DNA of 64,000 bases from Raja brachyura. Its lineage: Eukaryota. Positions 1 to 11,423 of this stretch are shown one piece after another. The position numbers and the translations under genes are program-made. The notes beneath the pieces were generated by a model that searched no databases, had not been told where the DNA came from, and was given only the letters and a program-made list of their open reading frames with translations. The stretch's first letter is position 1. Each line of letters begins with the position of its first letter. The stretch lies in contig OY740816.1 in the NCBI GenBank assembly GCA_963514005.1, positions 22,754,001 to 22,818,000 of the forward strand, read 5' to 3'.

Positions 1-131
1 GTGCAATAGGTTGTTATAGTTCAGAGTTTGTTTGATGGTGAGTTTAATAGCCTGATGGCTGTGGGGAAGGAGCTGTTCCTGAACCTTGATGTACCAGATT
101 TCAGGCTTCTGTACCTTCTACCTGATGGCAG
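1..131 (-). mobile_element. Rex1/Babar LINE 3' fragment
   Basis: [30 protein letters not shown], similar to 50407-50520. Confidence 0.75.
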
Positions 132-612
132 GTAGGTGCTCTTTTCATTTTCCTTCCCTCCCTTTGTCAGATTTTTCCCGACATCCAACGATGTCAGAAT
201 ATCGGGAAGAGCAAAGCGTTTGAAAAGATGCAGAGGAGGTTTATCCGAATGATGCCTGGATTTGGGGGGCATTAGCTACAGGATGAGGTTGGGCAGGCTT
301 GGATTGTTTTCCCTGGAACACCAGGAGACCTGATAGGAGTATCTGTAATTATGAGAAGAATAGAGGGGATAGACAATCACTTTTGCCAGGATGGAAAAAT
401 CAAATACTAGAGGGCATAGACTTAAGGTGAGAGGAGCAAAGTTTAATGGAGATGTGTAGTGCAACTATTTTACTTAGAGGGTGGTGGGTGCCTGGAAAGC
501 AATGCCAGGGTTGGTGGTTGATGCGCAGACTATTTTCTAAATGGGGTGAGAATGCAAAAAATCAGAGGTGCCAAGAGACTTGGGAGTGCTGGTGCAGGAT
601 TCCCAAAAAGTT

Positions 613-3393
613 TTTTTTTTTTTAAATATATTTTTAATTTTATTGGAAGCAATTGTACAAGAATAAAGCGATCGGCATGAGAGTTATACAATTTTCATAC
701 AACTTCATTTTTACCATTTTATAAATTGGTACATAAATCGAGAAGAGTAAATTGATACATAAATCGCGAAAAAGAGAAAAAAGGAAAGAATGAAGAAAAA
801 GAGGAAAGATGCAAAAGAAAGAGAAGAAAAGACCCCCTGAACTACCAAAGAAGTGCAAGAAGAAAAAAAACAGATATGCCCCACTGTCCTTCCCCCCTCC
901 CCCCCCCCCCCCACCCCCCGCTCACCCATCCCAAGCATCGGTTTTAAACTTGTGTTCAACCATTCTGTTGTTGAAGAAAATCAGTGAAAGGAGACCATAT
1001 TTTGGAGAATTGTTCTATTTTATCAGCCAAAACAAGCCTAATTTGTTCTAAATGTAGTGTCTCAGACATTTCAGTAATCCACATCTTCACTGTGGGAACT
1101 GTCATCTTTTTCCAGAATTTGAGTATCTTTTTTTTCGCGGTGATTAAGCCGTAGTCAAGGAAATGTCTTTGAAATATTGTTAACTTAGAACAGGCCTCTG
1201 ACATTCCTAAAATGATTCGTTTTGTTTCTGATTCCAGTTTAATTTTAAGTGTTTTAGAGAAGATATCGAATATTCCCATCCAGAAGTCTTGTATCTTCAT
1301 ACAGGATGCAAAGGAATGGGTTAAGGTAGCTTCTTGGAGGTGACATTTATCACAGATAGGGGAGACAGTTGGGAAGATCTTATTCAATTTAGTCTTTGAA
1401 TAGTATAGCCAATGTCATATTTTGAATTGTATCAGGGAATGCCTGACATTGAAAGAACAGTAATGTATAGTAGGCTTTCCTCGCATATATCTTTTGAAAT
1501 TGATAAACCCAACTCGTCTTCCCATGTTCGCCTATACATCTCAGAAGGTGGGGTATCAACATTTAAGAGAGTGTTATAAATGTAAGATATCGACTTACTT
1601 GTGTGGGTTTGTCTATTCAGACAATTGTCTAATATATCTGGACCCATAAAAGGACGGTCTTGTGAGTATGTTTTCACATAATCTTGGATTTGAAGATATC
1701 TAAAAAGATTGCTTGCTTTCAAATAATATTTCTCTTGAGAAGAGTCCCCTTCTTATAGAGGTCTCCCACAGCATGCATTCTTAGGTTTTTTCATTGAACA
1801 AACACCTTATCTAAAGTAGACAGTTTAAACGAGGGATTGTTAGCAATAGGCAGAGGGAGAGACAAATTTCTCAGTTTAAGGCTTAATTTCAACTGTTTCC
1901 AGATACGTAGGATTGATTTATTCAGATGTATTGGAGATAGAAGAATCGAGCCTATGTTAAAAGGCAAACAATCTTCCCCCTCCATTTTTAACCAATTTAC
2001 CTGTTGACATGTATCGTCCATCCAGAAAATTATATTTTTAATGTTAGTCGCGCAGTAGTAGAAAAGAAAGTTAGGAAGAGTTAATCCTCTGTTTTCTTTG
2101 GATTTGCACAAATGTATATTGTATATTCTGTGGGTTTGTAGTCCCAAATGAAGTTAGTAATAGTAGAATCAATTTTTTTTTAAACTTTTGGGGAGATATA
2201 TTGGTATTGATTGAAATAAATATAGGGGTTGTGGAAGGAAGATAATCTTTATGGCATTTACTCTACCTATAAGGGAAACAGGGAGTGTTTACCAGAATTG
2301 AATGTAGGCATTTAGTTTAGTAATTAGTGGTGGGAAATTTGTTTTAAATAGAGAGGTGTATTTTCTAGTCACGTAAACTCCGAGATATCTACATTTTTCG
2401 GTAACAATTCTGAAGCGAAATATTTGGAGTTGAGAAGGATCTTGAGCTTTTATTGGCATAATTTCACTTTCATTCCAATTTACTCTATAACCTGAAAAGG
2501 CACCAAATTGATCTATAACATTTAATAGATTTGGGATACTAACTTGGGAATTAGTAATGTATAAAAGTACATCATCTGCATATAAATCTTATTGCTCGTA
2601 TATTTAGTGTTATATCCATGAATGCCTGAATGTAATCTAATACTCTCTGCAAGGGGTTCTATGGCTAAAGCAAATAACATTGGTGAAAGGGTGCATCCTT
2701 GTCTGTTACCCCTGGATAAGTGAAATTTAGGTGAAAGAATTTGGTTTGTCAGTATTCTGGCTGTCAGATTAGTATATAACAGCTTCACCCATGAAATTCA
2801 GTTTTCTCCTAATTGGAATTTTTTCAACACTGTGAAACGATAAGCCCATTCCACTTGGTGGAAAGCTTTTTCTGAGTCTAGAGAAATAATTGTTAAGTCT
2901 TTGTTTGTCGTTCTATGCGAGTATATTATATTAAACAAATTATAAAACGAATGTCGATTAGGTATAAACCCAGTTTGATTTGGATGTATTAATTTACTAA
3001 TAAGCAGGCTTAATCTACGTGCCAAACTCTTGGCTAATATCTTCTGGTCTGTATTTAAAAGAGCTATTGCCCTAGATGATCCAGGCTCTTCAAGGTTTTT
3101 ATCTTTTTTTGGAATCAATGTAATGGTTGATTCGGCAAGGGTTTGTGGTAAAGACTGTTCTTTAAATGCTTGAATATAAAGGCCTCGTAAGCGTGGGGAA
3201 ATTGAATCGTTGAATTTTTTGTAAAATGTATTACTAAACCCGTCCGGACCTGGCGTTTTTCCACTTTTCAGTGATTTAATAGTCTCTACAATGTCTTTTG
3301 TTGTTATCTCAGCACCTAATTCATCCCGTTCTTCCTCGTTAAGGGATGGGAGATTGCAATTCTCAAGAAATCTTTTCATCTTTGCAGGGTCGG
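613..3393 (-). mobile_element. L1-clade LINE, 5'-truncated, with poly(A) tail and TSD
   Basis: ORF2 pieces: GKTPGPDGF, ITLIPKKDK, QTGFIP, SLDSEKAF, RGNRQGCTLSP, and a C-terminal CDKC-x8-H--C finger. T-run at ~611-623. TSD CAAAAAGTT at 604-612 and 3394-3402, interrupting a CR1 fragment. Confidence 0.9.
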
Positions 3394-3457
3394 CAAAAAG
3401 TTATTCTGCAAGTGGAATCGGTAGTAAATCGGTTTCCACGCCATATCTCTAAACTAA

Positions 3458-4060
3458 AGAAAGCAAACTCATTGCTAGCATTTATTTCAAGAGAGCTTGT
3501 AATCTAAAAAAGGCGCTGGTAAGGCCGCATTTGGAATATTGTGAACAATTTTGGGCACCGTATCTGAGGAAGGATGTGCTAGCTCTGGGGAGGGTCCAGA
3601 GGAGGCTTACAAGAATGATCGCAGGAATGAGTAGGTTAACCTATGATGACCGTTTGTCGGCACTGGGCTGGAGTTTAGAAGAATGAGGGGGGACCTCATT
3701 GAAACATACAGAATAGTGAAAGGCTTGGATAGAGTGGATGTGGAGAGGATGTTTCCATTACTGGAAGAATCTAGAACTAGAGATCACAACCTCAGAGTTA
3801 AAGGACATTCTTTTAGGAAGGAGATGAGGAGGAATTTATTTAGCCAGAGGGTGGTGAATCTGTGGAATTCTTTGCCACAGAAGGCTGTAGAGGCCATGTC
3901 AGTGGATATTTTAAGGCAGAAATAGATAGATTCTTGATTAGCACATGCGGCAGAGGTTATGGGGAGAAGGCAGGAGAATGGGGTTAGATCAATCATGATT
4001 GAATGGTGCAGACTTGATGGGCCGAATGGCCTAATTCTACTCCAATTCCTTGTGACCTTA
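3458..4060 (+). mobile_element. CR1 3' fragment
   Basis: RGDLIETYRIVKGLDRVD...FSQRVVNLWNSLP; continues the fragment at 540-612 that the L1 split. Confidence 0.8.
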
Positions 4061-4613
4061 TGACTTTATGTTTGAGGCATCACTCTCCCCATCCCTATTC
4101 CCAGCCAGCATCTGGAACAATGATGTCCATCAGCTGTGAACCAATGGTTCACACTTTATCCGAGAGTCATAATGGTCTGAGTTCAAGTCCCAAGCCAGAG
4201 GTTTGAGCAGAGAGACGCCCACACTGTTGCTCTGGATCAACATTGAAGGAGTATCAGGAGGAAACATTAAAAAGAAGCCCATCTCTCACACTGCACGTTA
4301 AGCTGAGATCTTGTCTGCTCTCCTACGCGGATGTTAAAGATTTCATAGAACTATGAAGATGAGAAGTTATTAACTGTGTCCTGACTAATCTTTATCCTTC
4401 AATCAACCCCAAACAAAGATCATCTAGTTGTAACCAAAGTGCAGTTTGTACAACAGTACAGCATAGGACGGGGCCTTTCAGCCTACAATATCTGTGATGC
4501 CAAGTTAAACTGATCTCATCTGCCTGTACATGATCCATATCCCTCTATTTCCTGTACCTCCGTGCCTATCTAAAAGCCTCGTGAACACCACTATCATATC
4601 TCTCTCCACCATT

Positions 4614-4905
4614 GGTGGTGGCACAGGGATAGAGTTGCTGCCTTACAGCTCCAGAGACTCAGGTTCGATCCTAACTAGGGGTGCTGCTGTCTGTACGGAG
4701 ATTGTATGTTCTCCCCGGGACCTGTGTGAGTTTCTCCAGGATCTCCGGTTTTCTCCCACATTAATACAGGTTTGTAGGCCAATTGGTTTCGGTAAAAATT
4801 GTAAATTTTCCCCAGTGCGCGTAGGATAGTATCAGTGTACGGGGATTGCTGGTCGCACAGACTCGGTGGGCCGAAGGGTCTGTTTCCGAGCTGTATCTCT
4901 AAACT
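4614..4905 (+). mobile_element. tRNA-derived V-SINE (HE1-like)
   Basis: A/B-box head (GGTGGCACAG...GGTTCGATCC), V-domain-like TTTCTCC.GG..CTCCGGTTT.CTCCCAC core, CR1-derived 3' end and (CTAAA)n tail. Confidence 0.8.
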
Positions 4906-5488
4906 GTATCTATTATACTGGTTTAGGTGACCACACTTAATGAGTTGTCACTTTGGCAATTAATTAATTTAAAAAATGCTCTTCTGCATTTTTGGTTTCC
5001 TCTAATTGCCTCGTGCTCCTTTATTTTGTAGCCTCTCGCAGTTCCGCTGTCTTCCATTTCCGCATTGCTAATTCTGGCTACTTGATCTTTCAGGATTTGA
5101 CTCAATGGCAGCTGTTGGCTCTGAATCTTCCTCCCCTTAGAATTAACAACCTCTTTTACTTCTTAAGCTTTTCTTAAATCCTACAGTTCTTTCAAGTATA
5201 TTTTGCGTTACCTACCCACATCCTTTCCTGAATGACTCAGTGACAAACTACCTTGATGGTTGTGCTTGTGAATGATCTTTGAATGGGTTTAGTACAGAAC
5301 TGCAAATGGTGATTGATATAAGGGTATACAAAACATGAGATACAAAACATTAGTTCCTGCTTTCTCCCTCTTTCCCCTCCCCTCCCCAGCTCTCCCTCAG
5401 CCCATGTCTCCGCCTCTTCCTTTCTTCTTCCTGCCCTCCCCACCCTCACATCAGTCTGAAGAAGGGCCTCGACCAGAAATGTCGCCTG

Positions 5489-7025
5489 CAGTGGCTTGCA
5501 AAAGTTTTCATACCCCTTGAACTTTCCCACATTTTGTCACGTTTCAACCACAAACGTAACTGTATTTTATTGGGATTTTATGTGATAGACCAACACAAAG
5601 TGGTGCATAATTGTGAAGTGGAAGGAAAATGATACATGGTTTCCAAATGTTATTGCAAATAAAAAACTGAAAAGTGTGGCATGCAAAAGTATTCAGCCCC
5701 CCTGAGTCAATACTTTGTCGAACCACCTTTCGCTGTAATTACAGCTGCAAGTCTTTTGGGGTATGTCTCTACCAGCTTTGCACATCCAGAGACTGAAATG
5801 TTTGCCCATTCTTCTTTGCAAAATAGCAATTGGATTTAGATCTGGACTTTGACCGGGCCATTCTAACACATGAATATGCTTTGATCTAAACTATTCCATT
5901 GTAGCTCTGGCTGTACGTTTAGGGTCGTTGTCCTGCTGGAAGGTGAACCTCCGCCCCAGTCTCAAGTCTTTTGCAGACTCCAACAGGTTTTCTTCCAAGA
6001 TTGCCCTGTATTTGGCTCCATCCATCTTCCCATCAACTCTGACCAGCTTCCCTGTCCCTGCTGAAGAAAAGCATCCCCACAGGATAAAGCTGCCACCACC
6101 ATGTTTCACAGTGGGGATAGTGTGTTCAGGGTGATGTGCAGTATTAGTTTTCCGCCACACATAGCGTTTTACATTAAAAACTTCAATTTTTGTCTCATCA
6201 GACCAGAGCATGTTTCCTCCACATGTTTGCAGTGTCCCCCACATGGCTTGTGGCAAACTGCAAACGGGACTTCTTATGGCTTTGTTTCAACAATGGCTTT
6301 CTTCTTGCCACTCTTCCATAAAGGCCCGATTTGTGGAGTGTACGACTAATAGTTGTCCTGTGGACAGATTCTCCCACCTGAGCTGTGGATCTCTGCAGCT
6401 CCTCCTAGGTTACCATGGGCCTGCTTCTCTGATTAATGCGCTCCTTGCCCGGCCTGTCAGTTCAGGTGGACGGCCATGTCTTGGTAGGTTTGCAGTTGTG
6501 CCATACTCTTTCCATTTTCGCATGATGGATTGAACAATGCTCCGTGAGATGTTCAAAGCTTGGGATATTTTTTTATAACGTAACCCTGCTTTAAACTTCT
6601 CCACAACTTTATCCCTGACCTGTCTGGTGTGTTCCTTGGGCTTCATGATGCTGTTTGTTCACTAATGTTCTCTAACAAACCTCTGAGGCCTTCACAGAAC
6701 AGCTGTATTTATACTGAGATTAGATTATACACAAGTGGACTCTATTTACTAATTAGGTGACTTCTGAAGGCAATTGTTTGCACTGGATTTTATTTAGGGG
6801 TATCAGAGTAAAGGGCGCTGAATACTTTTGCACGCCACACTTTCCAGTTTTTTATTTGTAAAAAAATTTGAAAACCATGTATCATTTTCCTTCTACTTCA
6901 CAATTATGCGCCACTTTGTGTTGGTCTATCGCATAAAATCCCAATAAAATACATTTACGTTTTTGATTGTAACGTAACAAAATGTGGAAAAGTTCAAGGG
7001 GTATGAAAACTTTTGCAAGCCACTG
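5489..7025 (-). mobile_element. Tc1/mariner DNA transposon (IR/DR type), defective
   Basis: ~213-bp TIRs (5489-5701 / 6812-7025) starting CAGTGG, with inner and outer direct repeats. TA on the right, TG on the left. Transposase from ATG 6646 (MKPKEH..HTH) with WSDETK and FQQDND; frameshifted, and the catalytic E after SPDLNPI is deleted. Confidence 0.93.
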
Positions 7026-8533
7026 TATTTCCTTCGCTCCATAGATGCTGCCTCACCCGCTTAGTTTCTCCAGCATTTTTGTCTACCTTCAATTGTCCAG
7101 CATCTGCAGTTATTTCTTAAACAAAACATGAGATGTTTAGTTCCGATTTAGTTTAGTTTAATTTAATTTAACTAAAAGAGAAGAGCTTTTGTTGCGTGCT
7201 ATCCAGTCAGCGGAAAGACAATACATGATTACAATCGAGTCTCACATAGTGTACAGATACATGACAAAAGGGAATAATGTGAATAATGTTTAGTGCAAGA
7301 TAAAGTCCAGTAAAGGTCTTGGATGGAGCTGTTCATGCTGTGAAACCATGCTGTGAAAATGCTTTATACGGCGCATCTGTAGAAGTTGGCGATATATAGC
7401 AGGACAGGCAGAATGTGTGGAGAAGGAATCAGAGTGAGCTTTGGTACTAACAAAAGAACATCAATCTGTTTCTCCCTACCTGACCGCTGAGTGTTTCCAG
7501 CATTCTCTGTTTAATTCCAGATTTCCAGCATCAGCTGTTCTTGATGCTTTTAAGGAACACCATTCACTAATTCCCCATTTTGTAAATGACTGACATATCT
7601 CTAATCCTTGCACCAGGAGGAAACAATTGAAACCAACTCTTGCCTGATTCTTCCCACGTGGTGTCTCTGATGATCCTCGTGCCTCCAACATTAGGACCTC
7701 TCTCCTAACTGGATGGACAGGACACGTTTGGAGGGTTATAGGCAAAATGAAGGCAGGTGGGACGAGTGTAGCTGGGATATGTTGACCGGTCTGGGCAAGT
7801 TGGGCCGAAGGACCTGTTTCTACACTGTATCACTCTAAATCCTTCCTTTAGTGTGGTGACCAGAACTGTATCTAGTACACCAGCTGTGACACAGTTACGG
7901 AACTTAGGATGATGAGACATTACATGTTTAGTTAAAATGAAACGCCCTGCAGGCACTGTAGCCAGTTCAATGTGCTGTTGTCAGGGGCCGTGCGGTCTAC
8001 CCCTCCACCAGGGGGGCGGAGGACAGTGCAGTCGAAAATAGTAAGATTAAACGAGAACTTACCAGTTCGAAGGTTGATCTTTATTTTATGAGGAGTTGCG
8101 ATGAGGGATTTCGTGAAGACCCCGCCAACACGCATGCGCGGCATCCTTCAAAGCAGCGGTGTGGAATCACAGACTCGACGAAAAGTAAGGATATTAAGAT
8201 TAAACTGCGAACTAACCAGCTGAACATAATGATCGAGGGTTGGGAGCGGAGGGCACGAAATCCCTCATCGCAACTCCTCATAAAATAAAGATCAACCTTC
8301 GAACTGGTAAGTTCTCGTTTAATCTTACTATTTTACTTCGGAGTCACGTGAGTGACTTCGTGAAGACTTCAAAGCTCTGTGATTACACGCCCTGGACAAC
8401 GCCCATGCTACCACACTGCCGCAATCCTGATGGAGGAAGTTTGTTAAAGCAATCCAGACTGGACAATCTGAAAATAATTAACATTTATTAAACACAAATC
8501 ATAAACAAACCCCCTGACTGGGGACAAATGATA

Positions 8534-9529
8534 TTAGGGAGCAGCCCTGAGTACTGCATCCGCATATGTTGCAGGTCCGGCCAATGGCTTATGGTAGAAC
8601 CGTTGAAAGGTTGACTCACTGGCCCATCCTGCCGTAGCGAGGACGTGATCCATGGGCACCTCCATGGCCCTCGCTGTTGATGTGGATGCAGCCCTGGTGG
8701 AATGAGATTTAAACAAGTTAGTGTCAATACCCGCTGCATCCAACACTTCCCTGAGCCACCTGGAGATCGTCTGCACTGTCACCCGGCGATGTGGTTTTTT
8801 GTGGCTTATAAGCAGTCCTTGTTCCGAATTCCTGATCGACCGGGTCAACTCAATGTAGCAACGGAGATGGGTGACTGTGCAGAGTGTGGCATCAGAGGGG
8901 TACGCCTGGAATTCCAACTGCAGCCCCAAAGATCCGGGTCGATGCTGCTTCAGCAGGTCTGCAACGTAAAACGTTATTTTCCCAGGGGTAGAGAGCATAT
9001 TGTCAATGCGCAACTTTTGAAGCGCCTGTACCCGCTGAGCAGACGTGAGCGCCATCAACATGACCACCTTCAGGGTGAGCTGGTGAAGAGGTAACCCCGC
9101 CATGGGGGACCATGATCTTAACAGGGACAGGACCACTCCTGCATCCCAGACAACGTTATATCTGGGCCGTGGAGGGTTTGTGTTAAATACACCCCTCATA
9201 AACTTCGACACCAGATTGTTGGTCCCCACTCCTACCGGAAGGTACGAGGACAGCGCACTCCTGGCGCTATTGATGGTACTATAGCTGAGCCCTTCATCAT
9301 AGTGGAGGCCCGCCAGGAATTCCAGGACGTCAGGTATTGTGGCAGAATCATAGGTAACACTCTTCCTTAAACAGAATAGTTCCCATTTCCTGATCTGGGT
9401 CAGGTACTGCCGCCTTGTAGATGCTCTGCATGATGCAGCGATTAAATCCATGGCCCTCGGTGAGATCCCCGTGTTCAGCAAAGGCCTTTTCAGAACCTGC
9501 AGACCAACAGGTTTAAATAGGCGTGGCAC
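8534..9529 (-). CDS. DIRS ORF3 tyrosine recombinase
   Basis: Catalytic R (SAQRVQ), HSTR, W (AGW) and Y (FQRFY). Overlaps the 3' end of ORF2. Confidence 0.92.
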   Translation of the reverse strand: MPRLFKPVGLQVLKRPLLNTGISPRAMDLIAASCRASTRRQYLTQIRKWELFCLRKSVTYDSATIPDVLEFLAGLHYDEGLSYSTINSARSALSSYLPVGVGTNNLVSKFMRGVFNTNPPRPRYNVVWDAGVVLSLLRSWSPMAGLPLHQLTLKVVMLMALTSAQRVQALQKLRIDNMLSTPGKITFYVADLLKQHRPGSLGLQLEFQAYPSDATLCTVTHLRCYIELTRSIRNSEQGLLISHKKPHRRVTVQTISRWLREVLDAAGIDTNLFKSHSTRAASTSTARAMEVPMDHVLATAGWASESTFQRFYHKPLAGPATYADAVLRAAP

Positions 9530-11421
9530 GGATGCGGCTCGCCAGTGACGGGATTAGTAACCAATTGTGGGTTGTTTCCTATTCGCACCCACGGGCGCTT
9601 CAGCATCTGAGAGACCACCGGGTACCACGGTTGTGTCGGCCAGTCGGGTATTACCAGAATGCCTGATGCAGAGTCTAATTTAATCTTCTGTAATACCCGA
9701 CTGATGAGGCAGAATGGGGGAAAAGCGTAGCAACACCATTTCCCCCAGTGGAGCGAAAAAGCATCCAAAGCCACTGCCCCAGGATCTGGTTCCCACGATA
9801 CATATGTTGGTATCTGATGGTTCAGTCTAGACGCAAATAGGTCAATATCTGGCATACCAAATTTTGTCACAATTTCAGCAAACACAAGGGGATTCAGCAT
9901 CCACTCAATGTTATCATTAAAAACTCGTGACCTGGTGTCCGCCACCGTATTGAGTATCCCCGGAAGGTACGTTGCTGATATCCAAATACCCCTTTTGATG
10001 CACCAGAGCCAAATTGTATTTGCCAAATCATTACAAGATACTGACCTGATACCACCCATATGATTTATATAGGCTACCACCGTGGTGTTATCGATTTGAA
10101 GGCGGACATGTGCATGACGCAAATTACTGCAATATGCCCGCAGTCCATGAAAGACCCCCAGCATTTCCAAATAATTAATGCCTTGCACTTGGAGAAGCGT
10201 GAACTCATGAGCGTCCCATCTGCCACCACAGCTGGTTACAGTGTCAGTTGCCCCCCAGCCTTGTGCACTCGCATCAGTTTGCAACAGAACCGTGGGATTC
10301 GGGAGAATGATGGGTTTGGAACTTACTCCAATATTATGAACCCACCATTCCAGCTCAGTTTGCTCCCCTATGCCTAAGCGCATAGGTCTGTCAAAATGTC
10401 CGGTATTCAATTTTAACGCCAGAATTTTACTTTTTTGTAAGTTTTGGTAATGCAACAGACCATAGTTTACGGCCGGGAATGTGGCAACCAGCTTGCCAAT
10501 TACCTTAGCAACCTGCCGAATGGTTGGCCTGTTGTTGTCAAGTAAACTGATGCATGCTTGTTGAACGTCCACCACTTTGTCAACTGGGACCGTGATTTCC
10601 ATCTGGTTAGTGTCTATAGTGAACCCCAAATAGTCCATGACCTGCGAAGGGTTGAGCTTGGATTTGTCTGGATGGATTACAAACCCCATTCTTTGAAACA
10701 AAGATATAGCGGCCGAGACTGCCAACTGGGCGTGCTCTAGGGTTTTCCCTGCTATGAAAATGTCATCTAAATATGCCATTATAATATGGTTTTGTTTCCT
10801 GAGATGTGCCAATAAAGGTTTGACAATTTTAGTAAATAGTCTCGGCGCTGTTGTAATCCCATTAGGCAAAGCCATATATTGCCATAATTGACCTTCCCAG
10901 ACAAATTTCAAGAACCTTCGATGTTGTTTAGCAATAGGGACTGTATAGTACGCATCCTTCAGGTCAATGCAAGCCATAAAGTACCCATGACTAACCAACT
11001 GCTTGGCCGTCTCAAATGTCTCCATCTTAAAATGGGTATATTGTACGAAAGCATTCAACTGGGTTAAGTCGATGATAATCCGACAGCCTCCATCCTTCTT
11101 AACCCTAGTAAAGATGTTGGAAACAAACTCCAATGGCTCGTGCATCGTTTTTTGTATCACCCCTTTCTTTTCTAATCGTAGTATTTCAACATGAGCCCGC
11201 TCCTTCTCTGACTGAGAGAGTGCAAATCTGCGACTAGGCTCATGTTGCGAAGGGGGATCTCTGCCATTAATAAACTCTATCTCATAACCCTGAATGCTTT
11301 GTAAAATAAAAGGATCCGTAGTTAGGGTATCCCAAGCAGACCGGAAACCCCGAAGCCGTCCCCCCACCGGTGAGGTTACTAAAGCTACGTTGTGGACGGA
11401 CCCAAGCCCCCTTACCTCCAA
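9490..11421 (-). CDS. DIRS ORF2: reverse transcriptase - RNase H - N6-adenine methyltransferase-like domain
   Basis: RT motifs IDLKDAY, LPNG, YLDD, YLGF. RNase H motifs TDAS..GWG, INYLE, IDN, ADT-SR. MT motifs IDLFASRLN...DAFS..W...YAFPPF. No ATG at the ORF start (TTG). Confidence 0.92.
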   Translation of the reverse strand: MEVRGLGSVHNVALVTSPVGGRLRGFRSAWDTLTTDPFILQSIQGYEIEFINGRDPPSQHEPSRRFALSQSEKERAHVEILRLEKKGVIQKTMHEPLEFVSNIFTRVKKDGGCRIIIDLTQLNAFVQYTHFKMETFETAKQLVSHGYFMACIDLKDAYYTVPIAKQHRRFLKFVWEGQLWQYMALPNGITTAPRLFTKIVKPLLAHLRKQNHIIMAYLDDIFIAGKTLEHAQLAVSAAISLFQRMGFVIHPDKSKLNPSQVMDYLGFTIDTNQMEITVPVDKVVDVQQACISLLDNNRPTIRQVAKVIGKLVATFPAVNYGLLHYQNLQKSKILALKLNTGHFDRPMRLGIGEQTELEWWVHNIGVSSKPIILPNPTVLLQTDASAQGWGATDTVTSCGGRWDAHEFTLLQVQGINYLEMLGVFHGLRAYCSNLRHAHVRLQIDNTTVVAYINHMGGIRSVSCNDLANTIWLWCIKRGIWISATYLPGILNTVADTRSRVFNDNIEWMLNPLVFAEIVTKFGMPDIDLFASRLNHQIPTYVSWEPDPGAVALDAFSLHWGKWCCYAFPPFCLISRVLQKIKLDSASGILVIPDWPTQPWYPVVSQMLKRPWVRIGNNPQLVTNPVTGEPHPCHAYLNLLVCRF

Positions 11422-11423
11422 GG

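Noticed and set aside
4614-4690. tRNA-like sequences (here and at other SINE heads)
   Set aside because: Each continues into a V-domain and CR1-like tail, so these are SINE heads rather than tRNA genes.
8534-11421. Phage integrase plus DNA methyltransferase, suggesting bacterial contamination or a restriction-modification system
   Set aside because: Both domains sit in the standard DIRS1 order between ITR/ICR ends and are embedded in vertebrate repeats.
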